Origin: Takakia lepidozioides | Lineage: Eukaryota > Plantae > Bryophyta | Assembly: GCA_030704615.1 (NCBI GenBank) | Contig: CM060734.1 | Coordinates: forward strand, 47,058,001 to 47,122,000 | Length of the DNA: 64,000 nucleotides | Direction: 5' to 3' | Program-made: the position numbers and the translations under genes | The notes under the pieces: generated by a model | Seen by the model: only the letters and a program-made list of their open reading frames with translations | Told to the model about the DNA's origin: nothing | Database searches by the model: none | Shown here: positions 24,451 to 36,339 of the stretch, piece after piece | Layout of the letters: every line of letters starts with the position of its first letter | Numbering within the stretch: position 1 is the first letter of the stretch

Positions 24451-25012
24451 TTCTGAGGACTCCACCCCTCTTCCAAAAACAATCGGGGATGGTGAATGCA
24501 ATTTCCATTACCTGTAGAACTTCCATTCTCAATGTTGAGCATGTTTGCATCCTCCCCCCCACAAATTTCACTGCATGGAACTATAGACAATTGTTCACTA
24601 CCCCACAAGTGGTTCGCAAAATTCGGTCATAGGTAATCGTGTTCTAGAGTGGGTGGAGTAGGTCGACTCTGTCCCCAACTTTGAACGCCAAACCAATGGT
24701 TTAATGTGAGGAGTCATGCAAATCCACGCAGCATCAATCAATAACAGAATACCCAAATACAAGTACAATCACTATGCAAACTTACTTGCCGCTGCCAAGG
24801 GTTTAGATCTCATTACCTGATGCAGTCAAGGCCAACAATGGGCTAACTTTCCACCTATGCTCAGTAGACCCCACTATCGGCTCTTTGAAGCTTGACATGC
24901 TAGAGGAAATGGCCTCAACAGTACATCATAGCTGGAATGGTGGATGAACCAAGTAGCTGTGCAGATCAATCAATGAAGCAAGACACTCGCACCTTTCCAG
25001 AAGAATATCATT

Positions 25013-28000
25013 TCACCAATAATCCCCACAAGAACAAATTCCATCTTTGAAGTGGTGAAAGCGGTTAGCATCCCGTACAACAATTGCTCGGCCAACAATC
25101 TTCGAGATGAACTTGGTGGCGGTGTGGCAGTCACCACACACCCGAAGATTCTTGATGACATGGAGCGGCGTCCTAGGGGCCGTGCTGATCAGCCCAAAAC
25201 CAATGGCCAGCCTCTCACTGTGGTGGCAAAGAGAAAATTCCTTTTGCTCCTCCCTCATATCATGCAATACACAGCGCGTGTCAGGCACATACCCTGCCTC
25301 CTTCATCCGCCCAGACAATCTTCTCAGCTCAGCATGGATTTCCTCAATTTTTGGATGCAATTTGTCATTAACAACAAAGGTGTGCACCCTGTTGCCGACC
25401 TCAATGCAGCAGCGACCTGGCTCCTTTCTAACCCCTCTGCCCTTCATCATTTTTCTCACCTTTGTCGTATCATCCCACCTGCCAGCTGCGGCATAGATGT
25501 TTGATAGCAACACATATGTCGCGGCGTCCTGTTCATCACACTTGAGAATAGATGTTGCCGCACGTTCAGCCATCTCCACATTATGATGAATTCTGCAAGC
25601 ACCAAGCAAGGCCCTCCACACCATAGCATTGGGTTTCATTGGCATTTTGTTAATGAGGTCCTCTGCCTCATCCAATCGCCCCGCACGGCCAAGAAGGTCC
25701 ACCATGCAGCCAAAGTGCTCCACTGCTGGAGTGATGCCATGATCTTGACTAAGGGAATCAAAGTAGTATCTGCCTTCATCCACTAGGCCAGCATGGCTAC
25801 ATGCAGAGAGAACACATATAAAAGTTATACTGTCCAGCTTCAACCCTTCCACTTGCATTTCTTCAACTAGTTGCAGGGCCTCCATATCGCAACCATGTTG
25901 GGCATATCCTGCGATCATTGCATTCCACGACACCATATTTCGTTCAGCCATATTATTGAACACTCCCTTTGCATCCTCGATGCTCCCGGCTTTGGCATAC
26001 ATGTCCACCAGGGTATTGTTCAGAATGACATCTGGTCTGATTCCAGCTTTGATGATGTCACCATGGACCTCTTTGCCCTTTTCCAGGGCTGCAAGGCTCG
26101 CACACGCATTGCAAACACCAACAAAAGTGACACAGTTGGGCGTCAAGCCTTCCAGCATCATTTGCTCGTATATCTCCAAAGCCTCCATCCCGAACCCATG
26201 CTGGGCATATCCTGTGATCATTGCGGTCCAAGACACCACATCTCGTTCAGCCATATTGTCGAACACTCCCTTTGCATCTTCGATGCTCCCACCTTTGGCA
26301 TACATGTCCACCAGGGTGTTGTTCAGAATGACGTCTGGTACAATTCCAGCTTTGATAATGTCACCATGGACCTCTTTTCCCTTCTCCAGGGCTGCCAGGC
26401 TTGCACATGCATTGCAAACGCTAACGTATGTGACCTGGTCGGGCTTCAACCCTTCCCGCATCATTTGCTTATAAGTCTCCAAAGCCTCCATCGCACAACC
26501 ATGCTGGGCATATCCTGTGATCATCACGTTCCAGGACACTACATCTCGTTCAGCCATATTTTCAAACAATCCCTTTGCATCCTCAATGTTCCCACATTTG
26601 GCATACATGTTCATCAGGGCAGTGTTCAGAATGACATCTGGTACAATGCCAGCTTTCACAATATCACCATGGACCTCTTTGCCCCTTTCCAGGGCTGCCA
26701 GGCTCGCACATGAATTGAAAACGCAAACAAATGTGACAAGGTTGGGCTTCACCCCTTCCCGCATCATTTGCTCATATGTCTCCAAAGCCTCCATCCCGAA
26801 CCCATGCTGGGCATATCCGGCAATCATCGCGTTCCAGGACACCACATCTCGTTCAGCCATATTGTCAAACACTCCCTTTGCATCCTTGAAGCTCCCACCT
26901 TTGGCATACATGTCCACCAGGGCAGTGTTTAGAATGACATCTGGTAGAATTCCAGCTTTGGTGATGTCACCATGGACCTCTTTGCCCTTTTGCAGGGCTT
27001 CCAAGCTTGCACACGCATTGCAAACGCTAACGAATGTGACCCGGTCTGGCTTCACCCCTTCCCACACCATTTGCTCATACAGCTTCAAAGCCTCCATCCC
27101 AAACCCATGATGGGCATACCCTGCAATCATCGTGTTCCATGACACCACATTTCGTTCAGCCATATTGTCAAACACTTCCTTTGCATCTTCAATGCTCCCG
27201 CCTTTGGCATACATGTCCACCAGGGTATTGTTCAGAATGACATCTGGTGCAATTCCAGCTTTGATGATATCACCATGGACTTCTTTGCCCCTTTCCAGGG
27301 CTGCCAGGCTTGCACATGCATTGCAAACGCTAATGAATGTGACCTGGTCTGGTTTCACCCCTTCCCGCATCATTTGCTCATAGGTCTCCAAAGCATCCAT
27401 CCCACACCCATGCTGGGCATATCCTGCAATCATTGCATTCCATGACACCACATTTCGTTCAGCCATATTGTTGAACACTCCTTTTGCAGCTTCAATGCTC
27501 CCGCCTTTGGCATACATGTCCACCAAGGAAGTGTTCAGAATGACATCTGGTGAAATCCCAGCCTTGATGATATCACCATGGACCTCTTTGCCCTTTTCCA
27601 GGGCTCCCAGGCTCGCACACGCATTGCAAACACAAATGAACGTGACCTGGTTGGGCTTGAACCCTTCCTGCATCATTTGCTCGTAGGTCTCCAAAGCCTC
27701 CATCCCACACCCATGCTGGGCATATCCTGCAATCATTGCATTCCATGAAACCACATCTCGTTCGGCCATATTGTCGAACACTCCCTTTGCATCTTCAATG
27801 CTCCCGCCTTTGGCATACATGTCCACCAGAGTATTGTTCAGAATGACATTTGGAACAATTCCAGCTTTGATGATGTCACCATGGACCTCTTTGCCCTTTT
27901 CCAGGGCTGCCAGGCGTGCACACGCATTGCAAACACAAACAAAGGTGACCTGGTTGGGCTTCACCCCTTCCCGCATCATTTGCTCATAGGTCTCCAAAGT

Positions 28001-30286
28001 ATTCTTACCACATCCATGCTTGGTAAATCCTGCCATCATTATATTCCACGTGATCAAACCTCGTTCAGGCATTTTGTTGAACACTTGGTGTGCATCCACA
28101 ATGCTCCCGCATTTAACATACATGTTGACAACAGTGTTGTGTAGAAAAACGTTTGGCTTGAATCCACTTTGGATAATGTGAGAGTGCACCTGCTTTCCCG
28201 CTTCTAGGCTTTTCATCTTGATGCACTTATGCAAGAGATGGACATAAGTATCTGAATCTGCTGAAATGCCTGCTTGGTTCAAAAACTGCAGAGCCTGTTT
28301 CAGTTGCCCTGCCTCACATAGCTTCTTCACATGCCCAGAAGTGCCAGCAGTGCCAGAAAGGGTATTGTGGACTCCCTTGCTTGGTCCCCTTTTGAAAGCT
28401 GTGGTCATGGTGGAGGTGCCTGATGTTATGAACTGTACCGCTTCTGATGCTTCCAGTTGACCATCTACCCATGCAGGTTTCTTGTAGCTATCAATCCACA
28501 GGGAATCATAAGTAGTCTCGTGCTTGAAATCCGGCCCACTCAGATGAATCTGGACCAACACTCCATTCCTGCTCCTTTCAGCTATCCCTGCCTGGGCACC
28601 AATTATGCATAGATCCTCGCCTTGCTGCTAGCAGCTGACAAATGTCAGTCTAGAATTGTTCTAACAAACCCCCCAATCCTACTTATTGCACTTTAGTTCA
28701 TCTGCTTCTCTCTGTAATTTAACAGGCATTCACCTTTTTGCCTCGATTATCCCACCATTGACTGGGGTCCGAAAAGTACTCCTTCCAAAGCTTCTCTGTG
28801 TCTCTGTTTTCTGTTGTTGGATATTTGCCTGTTGCCACATTGGCAGTACAATGTCAAAATCACTCCAAACCACCATAGATCCACCCAACGAACTAACTTG
28901 CAGAATTCAACATGAAACAAAACGGACAATTCTGACAAGAGGATAAAACAGGCCGAAATGTGTTGAAGAAGAAGGTGCCCTCACCCCTTTGTCCTTCGCA
29001 GTGTGTCATGAAAGCAGCTAGCTTTTCTTTCACCCAAGGAGGATTCAACCAACCATCAACCCGAAGGACCTCTTGTGTGCACTGCTTGTGTTTGTAGTCA
29101 AGTGATCTCGGATTGGTCTGTGAGAACCACCATGGTGCAGCTGAGCAGCAATAGATTTGAACACCACCTCCTAAGACCAAGCTAACCTTCCCTCCCTCTA
29201 AGACCAGGAAAAAGAACAAATCATGATACTGACAGGAAGAGCCCAATTTTGCAGCATGGACAAACATCTTCACATCGGACATTAAGAAAGCCACACCTTG
29301 CCATAGCAGTTGTCCCACCATTGTGAAGGATCTATAGAAAACATATTCCAGCGCTGCTCCATGCTCCACTTTAGACCTGCATGCCCAAAACTCCAACAAC
29401 ATCAACATTTTGACAGGTCCTCTATGGAGGAGTGCTAATGCAGCTTTCATCAACATTTATGCAAGTCACTGTGGACTCTCCACAATCAAAACCAGAATCA
29501 GAATAACACTCTGATATCTTTCCAGCGTCACCAGATTGTTCTCGATCTTGTGGCATGGTAATTATTTTTTCTTTCACCTAAGGGGTATCGAACCAACCCT
29601 CAATCCAGTGTGCGCTGCTTATGTCTGTAGTCTGGAGGTTTTTGGTCAGCGAAAACGAGCAGGGAGCAGCTGAGCAGCAACAGTCCCCACCTCCAAGTAT
29701 CCTACAAACACCAGGCAAAAGGCCTTCCGCATCCTACTTTCATGCCCTGCTAAGAAAGATCAACCTACGATAATGACAGTAGAAAGCAGAGCAAAGCGAG
29801 ATTACAAAATTCACTCAACAATCCAGTCCACACAACATAGTTCAGTCAGACTCCCCCACAATCCTTTACATCCTACATGAAGAAATCTGACCTTGTCAAC
29901 GCTGCAGTCCCATTCTGAAGGATCCTTAAAGAACTCCTGCCAGCACTGGTCCATTCTCCAGCATTGACCTACGTGCCAGACATACTAATTATGTGTAACT
30001 AGCGCTGCTTTGCCCTGCGTACATTCGCCTCTGTAGAATTGAATATTTTCAATTCTGGGTCAAGTGTTTCGTGTCTGAATGAAAGTTGGTGATGCGCCAT
30101 CGCCACCACATGCAAGGTACTCCGTCGTCTACGCTTTGTCAAGGCGGATGCAACTTTCAGCTCCACAGCCCAGCCCCTAAATCCGCTGCATAATGCGAGG
30201 CCTCTCGGATGACCCAAACGAGAAGACAGAGCCTTGGGTATGGAGTCCGCATGCGCGGTCGGCAGAACGCAGGAAGACGGTGCCAT
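25013..30286 (-). CDS. PLS-class PPR-E1-E2-DYW (PG-type, C-to-U) editing factor with N-terminal transit-peptide-like leader and OSB-type PDF motifs. Exons: 30286-~30120 (donor uncertain), 29968-29892, degenerate ~29646-29532, 29376-29297, 29117-28985, 28828-28734, 28549-25013
   Basis: Last exon has 26 PPR motifs (L,S,7xPLS,P2L2S2), E1/E2, PGRCCIE box, HSERLA, CGDCH and terminal CSCGDYW. Upstream GT-AG exons splice in phase, e.g. EKLWKEYFSDPSQWWDNRGKK|IHLSGPDFKHETTYDSLWIDSYKKPAWV. The large exon is near certain; the 5' model is less so. Confidence 0.88.
25900..28070 (-). repeat. About seven tandem 303-bp coding units (P1-L1-S1 triplets, 101 aa)
   Basis: GGCATACATGTCCACCA recurs about every 303 bp (~25995, 26298, 26601, 26904, 27207, 27510, 27813). 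Confidence 0.95.
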
Positions 30287-31019
30287 CCCCGCCAGCGAGT
30301 GTGAGAACGCGCCCACAAGAACAGCGACAAAGGATGCATGTGGGCTTTGCTGAGCTTCCACCAAAGGTTTTCCCGAAAACTAACTATATACTTTGATTGT
30401 TTTCGACGATTCTCCTAAAATGTAAACTGTGGTAGGAAAGCAAAGCCTAACTGGCGTCAGCTCTGACCGAGGGATTGAGGAGACTGTCGAGATTGAGGGG
30501 AGAGGGACGAACATTTTGCAGATCATCTGTGTTTTGAAGGTGTGAAACACCGGTGTCCATCCTTCTGTTACTCCATCTTTTGTCTTGTGTTTTCGACAGA
30601 GCGATGGGCTAGTCAGTGCAATCTTGTGAGTTGAGCAAGGTTGATTCACTGCACGATTCAAGTCTTGCTTTCGGAAGGAAGCAGCATATAAGGAACTACA
30701 TACTGGAGGTCTTGAATCATGCCCCTTTCGGATTTAGTGGTTCGTGGGCTGTTCTTCATATGCTATTGCTGCGCCTATTGATCCCCACGTGCTAATGGCT
30801 GGGATTGTTCGCCATTTCGACAACCCAGAAGCGGTGAGATGGATTGATGTGAAAGGGGCCCTTTTCAATTCTCTTTTAAGTTGTAAACAGCACTGTGAAA
30901 CATTCCACATTCCACATTCATGGCTGGGGAAACACGAGAGCCGTATCAACTGGTTGCAGGGGATTTGATTGAAGAGTGGTGATCCTTGAATGTTAATCCA
31001 AAGTAGACACATCCTTGCC

Positions 31020-31187
31020 ATTTCAGGGTTGACAAGTATCTCAAAGGCCACTCGGGCCACATCGATCGCTGCAATCGGCGCCACTTTAGCTCGTTTAAAT
31101 GGCAGTCTGATTTCTGCAGATTTCAAAATAGAGTTCTTAGCCATGGTGAGAAACCATGGATGCTCAAGGAATAGTCCCGCCCTTAAC
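31020..31187 (-). pseudogene. Isolated exon-like fragment of an NmrA-like NAD(P)-binding (atypical SDR) protein
   Basis: LRAGLFLEHPWFLTMAKNSILKSAEIRLPFKRAKVAPIAAIDVARVAFEILVNP matches the NmrA-family LRP..F.E....I.LP.G....P.A..DVA.V...L..P pattern. Preceded by a TTTCAG acceptor; no other exons found. Confidence 0.65.
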
Positions 31188-31343
31188 TGAAAGGCTGGAA
31201 GACCATAGCAACTGACATTGATGCACCATATCTTTGAGATTGTACATTGAGAAAAATGGACTTCAGCGACAATCTTGTTGCACATGAATGGCTGTTTACA
31301 AAACTAGAAGTCTGTAAGTGAAGTGATTCTCCCATCTTCTAAC

Positions 31344-31645
31344 TGTTAGAATTGAGCAAGAACATGAACAAGAACTAAAGTCTTAGACTAAAGCTAAAAC
31401 TAAAGCTCTCCTCTGAACCACATAAGCCACCATCATACTCTTACACTTAGACTAGTGGCTTCACCCCCGAGCTTGTACAAGAAGTCTCTAGAAAGTCCTA
31501 CTTGGTCACTTCCACTTCCACTATGGTGACCATCCATCTTCTAGCCATTCCCCTAAGGTGAGTTAAACAAGATAGTCTCTTAGACTTCTAAACCTTTGGC
31601 CTTCAAGATTCTTACTCTTCTAGATATGTTTAATTACTTCCAACA
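31344..31645 (-). repeat. Copia 3' LTR
   Basis: Direct repeat of 41758-42052 with about a dozen substitutions and a few indels; adjacent to the PPT. Confidence 0.96.
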
Positions 31646-32670
31646 CTCCCACTCAATTAAACCATATCATTGAGCTACTTCGTTTGTCTTTGGAGACGAG
31701 ACACCAAGTAAGGCTGAACACTTCATGTGTTTTGTTTGTGGTAGACTCTTCGTCAAAACATCCGCAACCATATCTCTTGTAGCACAATAGATCATCTTGA
31801 TCTCTCCATTGCATACAACTTCCCGTATGTAGTGATGTTGCACTTCAATGTGCTTCGTCCTTGAATGATACTTCGGATTCTGACTTAGTGCAATCGCACT
31901 TTGATTGTCACAATAGAGAGTCGTAGGTAGTGATTGGAGATGATCCAAATCTCCAAGCAACTTCCGTAACCAAATAGCCTCATTTGCTGCTTGTGTAATG
32001 GACATGTACTTAGCTTCTGTTGATGACAACGCTGTTGCAACTTGTCGTTTGCTAGACCAAGATACAGCTCCACCTGCTAGGAGAAAACAATGGCCTGAAG
32101 TTGATTTTCTACTATCACTAGAAACATTCATGTCTTTTCCGAATCGACTGCATGTCCAAAACCACTGAGGGAACAACTTTGAGATGTTTGTTACTACTGC
32201 ACAGTCGTAACGGATAAATTCACATTTCTAATGGCGGATAGAAGTTGCATCAATGACTCCGCAGTCGGCACAATATTCGCGGCGATTTAATTCAATTACG
32301 GAAATTGTTTTTTTTTTTAAACAGCAATTACAAGTGGTTTTAAGCACTAGAGAACGACTCTTAACAACTAGGCATTCATTGCACACCCTATTCAAAAATG
32401 GAATTTTTATAAGTGCTCCACATGACTCATGACGTGGAATATTTTAATGTATTTTAGGGCTTGTGTGGCTCGTAGAGATTGTTCTAATCGTCGGATGTAA
32501 AATGATCTAAGGGTGGAAGAGTAACTTCGTCCTTTGCCTGAAATTTGTCTAAGTGTTGGGAGAGGGATGGAGGCTTGAGAGAGAGACGAACAAGTGATGC
32601 GAGAAGGACGAAGACCAAATCGAGGCCCATGTCCTGTTGTTGCAAGCGTTTATGGCGTCAAGGGCGCATT

Positions 32671-33780
32671 ATGTGCAAATGTGGGCTCTTGGCTCCCCTT
32701 TGTACCATGATTTGGTATTCTTCCTGATGATCACAAGGTTCTTGGGGAATCAGCTTGGTCTTAGCAACCCATATTTTAATCTCTGCCCGCTCAGCTGCAC
32801 CGTGGTGGTTCTTACGAACCAATCCCACATTACCTGACTAGAGATACAAGCAGCACGCACAAGAGGTCTTCTTGGGTTCATGGTCAATCTAATCCGCAAT
32901 GGGTCATGACACAAGGTAGAGGACAATGTGGTGAGGGCACCTTCTTCTTCGAGCTATTTCAGTCTGTTTTGCCGAGATGTAGTGTCGTGGAGTGCGATGC
33001 TTGCAGGGTATGCACAGCAGGGACGTGGGATGGAGGCTTTGGAGACCTATGAAGTTGCGAAGGGAGAGTTTGATAACATGGTTGAACAAGATGTTGTCTC
33101 AAGGAACACGCTGAATCTCGCAAGATATGGCCAGCATGTGTGCGGGATGAGGGCATTGGAGACATATGAGCAAATGTTGAGAAGAGTGATCGGGTCACGT
33201 TCATTTGTGTTTGCAATGCATGTGCAAACCTGGCAGCCCTGGAGACTTGGTAAAGGGCAAAGAGGTCCATCGTGACATTGTCAAAGCTGGAACTGTACCA
33301 GATGTAACAATACCTCGTCGACATGTATGCCAAACGTGGGAGCATTCCCTTGTGGACAAGGAGTGTTTAACAATATGGCTGAGCGAAATGTGGTCTGGTG
33401 GAACGTGATGATCGCAGGACATGCACAACATGGGCGGGGATTGTGGGTTTTGGAGACCTATGAGCAAATGATGTGGGTCTAGGGGGTGAAGCCCGAGCAC
33501 ATTACGTTTGTTTGTGTTTGTAGTGCATGTGCGAGCCTGTTGGAGAAGGGCAAAGAGGTCCATGGTTGCATCGTCAAAGCTGGAATTGTGGTAGATGTCA
33601 TTTCTGAACATGAATACCCTTCTAGATAGGGAGTGTTCAACAATATGGCTGAGCGAAATGTGGTGTCGTGGAAAGTGATGATCACAGGACATGCACAACA
33701 GGGGCGGGATTGCAGGTTTTGGAGACCTATGAGTAGTTGATGTGGGAGGGGGTGAAGTCCGACCACATTACGTTCAGAGA
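32671..33780 (+). pseudogene. PDF-PPR gene fragments inside the CACTA (intron 4, exon 5, then degraded PLS repeats)
   Basis: 32671-32970 aligns to the reverse complement of ~28945-29255; followed by RDVVSWSAMLAGYAQQG.. and KGKEVH.. with frameshifts. Confidence 0.88.
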
Positions 33781-36339
33781 GTTCAAATGCCTCTCCACCA
33801 TGACCTTGCTTAGCTAACCATGTCTTGCTGATGTTGTTGTCTTGCACTTGAGCTGTTTTTGGACACTGGCTGGAACATCCACAAGGCGGCTTTGCTCGAG
33901 AGAGAAATCAGCTTGAATGCAGGGGCAGATTTTGAGATCATAATCGCCACTCAGAACGTTGTTCTTTGCACCGGCATGGCATGTCAGCATGCATATCAGC
34001 CCAAACTCATTACTCCGTGAGCCTTCCACTGCCGGAGTGTGCCCATTCAAGCCAGATCTTCGAAACGCAGGGATGGAATGGGGTTTTGAAACCAGCATTG
34101 CCTAATTGGATACCCAATTCAGCTCCGCATCTTGGTCCATTAATCTGCTGCACATTGTGAAGTTTTTTGCCCGTCACCGCAAGTTGAAGAAGGAGTATTC
34201 TTAAAACACGGGTACTCATAATCTGAAAATGGCTCCAGCTTATGTTGCTTGAGTGCGAATATGAGTGTGGTTGGCTTGGCAGCTTTACATCTGGTCCATC
34301 CCACTCGATATGATGAGCAGGTTCAGCTTGACTTCTCTCACACAAAAGACGCTGCCAAGATGGGGTTTGTTGCCCTAGATGACTTCCCGTCGTTGTTCTG
34401 GGCTGCAACATACAATTAATCTGGCCCATGGCGAGGGCCTTGCCTTCCACCAATCATTTGTAAGTCCTGTGAAACTGTTTTTGTGGCAGTTTGTAAGCAG
34501 TGGGCAGCGATGGTGGGCTGTTGTAGGATTTGATGAACTCAATGTCGTGTACTGACAGCAACCCCTCATCTCTTATGCAAGCATTCAACAAGCCAAGTTG
34601 ACTGCAGAGCGTATTCAGCCCCCCACGTTTCTAGTTGCCTAATGTTCTTCATCTCCTGGGCAGAGCATTTTCCAGGGTCTCCATCTTTGATGACACACTA
34701 TCTTCTCATGTGGTTCAGCTTTGGTCTTGCTCTTGTTTGCACCACCCCAATGAAGGGCAGTTCCCACCTGCTTGATTCTCTCTATATGGTTGTCTTGGGT
34801 CTTGGCAGGGTTTCCCACAACCGCCTTTCCTTTTCAGACTGCCAGTCATCAGCCTCGTTATCCAATGCTTCACTTTCTTCCCAAGTGAAGTGCTCTCCTC
34901 TTTTATGCTTCAACGTCCCTGCAGATGTCTTTTTCTTCATCTCCCGTGGTGCTTTCGAATGAATGAGCACTGATTTACATCTGTTGGCAACACTTACGGT
35001 GTCCCTTTCCTTGCATGCCACTGCAGGCCCGCATTGACTTTCTTGGCAGGGAAGTCTCCTCCTTCTCCCTCATTTTCTGGCTCTGTTGGTGCCCCACTCA
35101 CCATGCTATTAGGGCTGCACTTATTTTGTGGTGTTGCGCCAGCCAAGGGCGATCTTTCACTGGTTCGATTGTTGGCAACAGCTGATTGGAGTCTTCTTGG
35201 CAAAGTCTCCCACGAGCTCCCATCAATTTCAAGCATCAGGTTTTCTACCCTGCCCTTCCACTTTTCATAAGCGAGGTGCCTGTCTTCCTCCCTTTCACTC
35301 TTCAGCCTCTCAGGCAGATTTTTCTTCATGCGATTGCTGCTCCCATACTTCCAGTCCTTGTTTAATTTTCTCCAGCCATCACCCTCAGATTTGACAAGGT
35401 ATTGCTGCCCTTCCTTGTGTCTTTCCTCACTCCCAGCTGCTGGTTTTATCCCAGATTCACCTCTCATCCTTGCCTGGGGTTTTGCTTGCCAAACAGCCCT
35501 TGTGTGGGGAACTTCAACGAAAGGCAACATCTCATTCTCAGCTCCTGTCTTTGTACCTCTTTGCAGCAGTCCAGCCTCGGGTGCCTCACTATCTGATTGC
35601 TGGGTTGCATTCTTCGCCGCCAACCTTTGACAAGAAAGTGTGCTCCATCTTCCTCATCTCCTACTAGCCTAATCAACAATTTTGTCTTGGCAGCTCCCTT
35701 GCCATGAGTGCCTTGTCTCACTGCATCTCCCTTGGCTGCCCACCATCCGTGGAGTCTTTCTTGCACTATTCTGACCCTCGTTGGCATGCACTTTGCTGCG
35801 ATGCCCCACATGTATTTGCTGCTCCCTTTAATCATCAACATAGTGCTCCAGAGCTAGTTCCTCATTGTTGACCAGTTGACCTTCTCAGCCCTTGGACCCC
35901 ATTTTCCCTTCTCCCATGTTGCCTCGTCTTTCTGCTTCATCATTTGCTTTACTTGCACGATGTTGCTTCTTCCCTACAGCTCATCATGTGTTGTGGCTCT
36001 TTCCCATGTTGCACTCACTCCCATCATACGTTGTGCAGTTGATAAGACTGAGATGAGTTGATGCAGGATAGGGGGAGGGCTTGCTGGTGTATGTTGTCAG
36101 ATAGGCCCCATGCACAGAGTCAAAGCTGGAAGTCAGCCTTGCAAGGACCCAAGTGAGAGAAGTCTGGTGGGGGTAGCATCTTGGGGGATGGCAGTTAGGG
36201 CAATGTGTGTCTAGGGCAATATATGTCATAGCAGCGGGTGATGTGCTGCCAATTTTGAGGATAGAGACAGCCTGTAAGCTGTAGATTTGTATAAGTGGTT
36301 TCTTCTGACACATATTGCTCCCAGTTTGCCACAACCAGT

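Noticed and set aside
25013-25425. U-to-C (DYW:KP) editing factor
   Set aside because: Has a PG box, HSERLA and full CSCGDYW end, i.e. the C-to-U type.
20250-27989. Plus-strand ORFs overlapping MAPK15 and the PPR gene
   Set aside because: Antisense shadows of real coding sequence with no recognisable domains.
25900-28070. CRISPR-like or satellite array
   Set aside because: The units are in-frame coding PPR triplets in a eukaryotic gene.
28408-28561. ORF-track start of the PPR protein at 28561 (GTG) or first ATG at 28408
   Set aside because: A CAG acceptor at 28550 joins exon 28828-28734 in phase to complete a PDF motif, and the same splice architecture is kept in several paralogous fragments.
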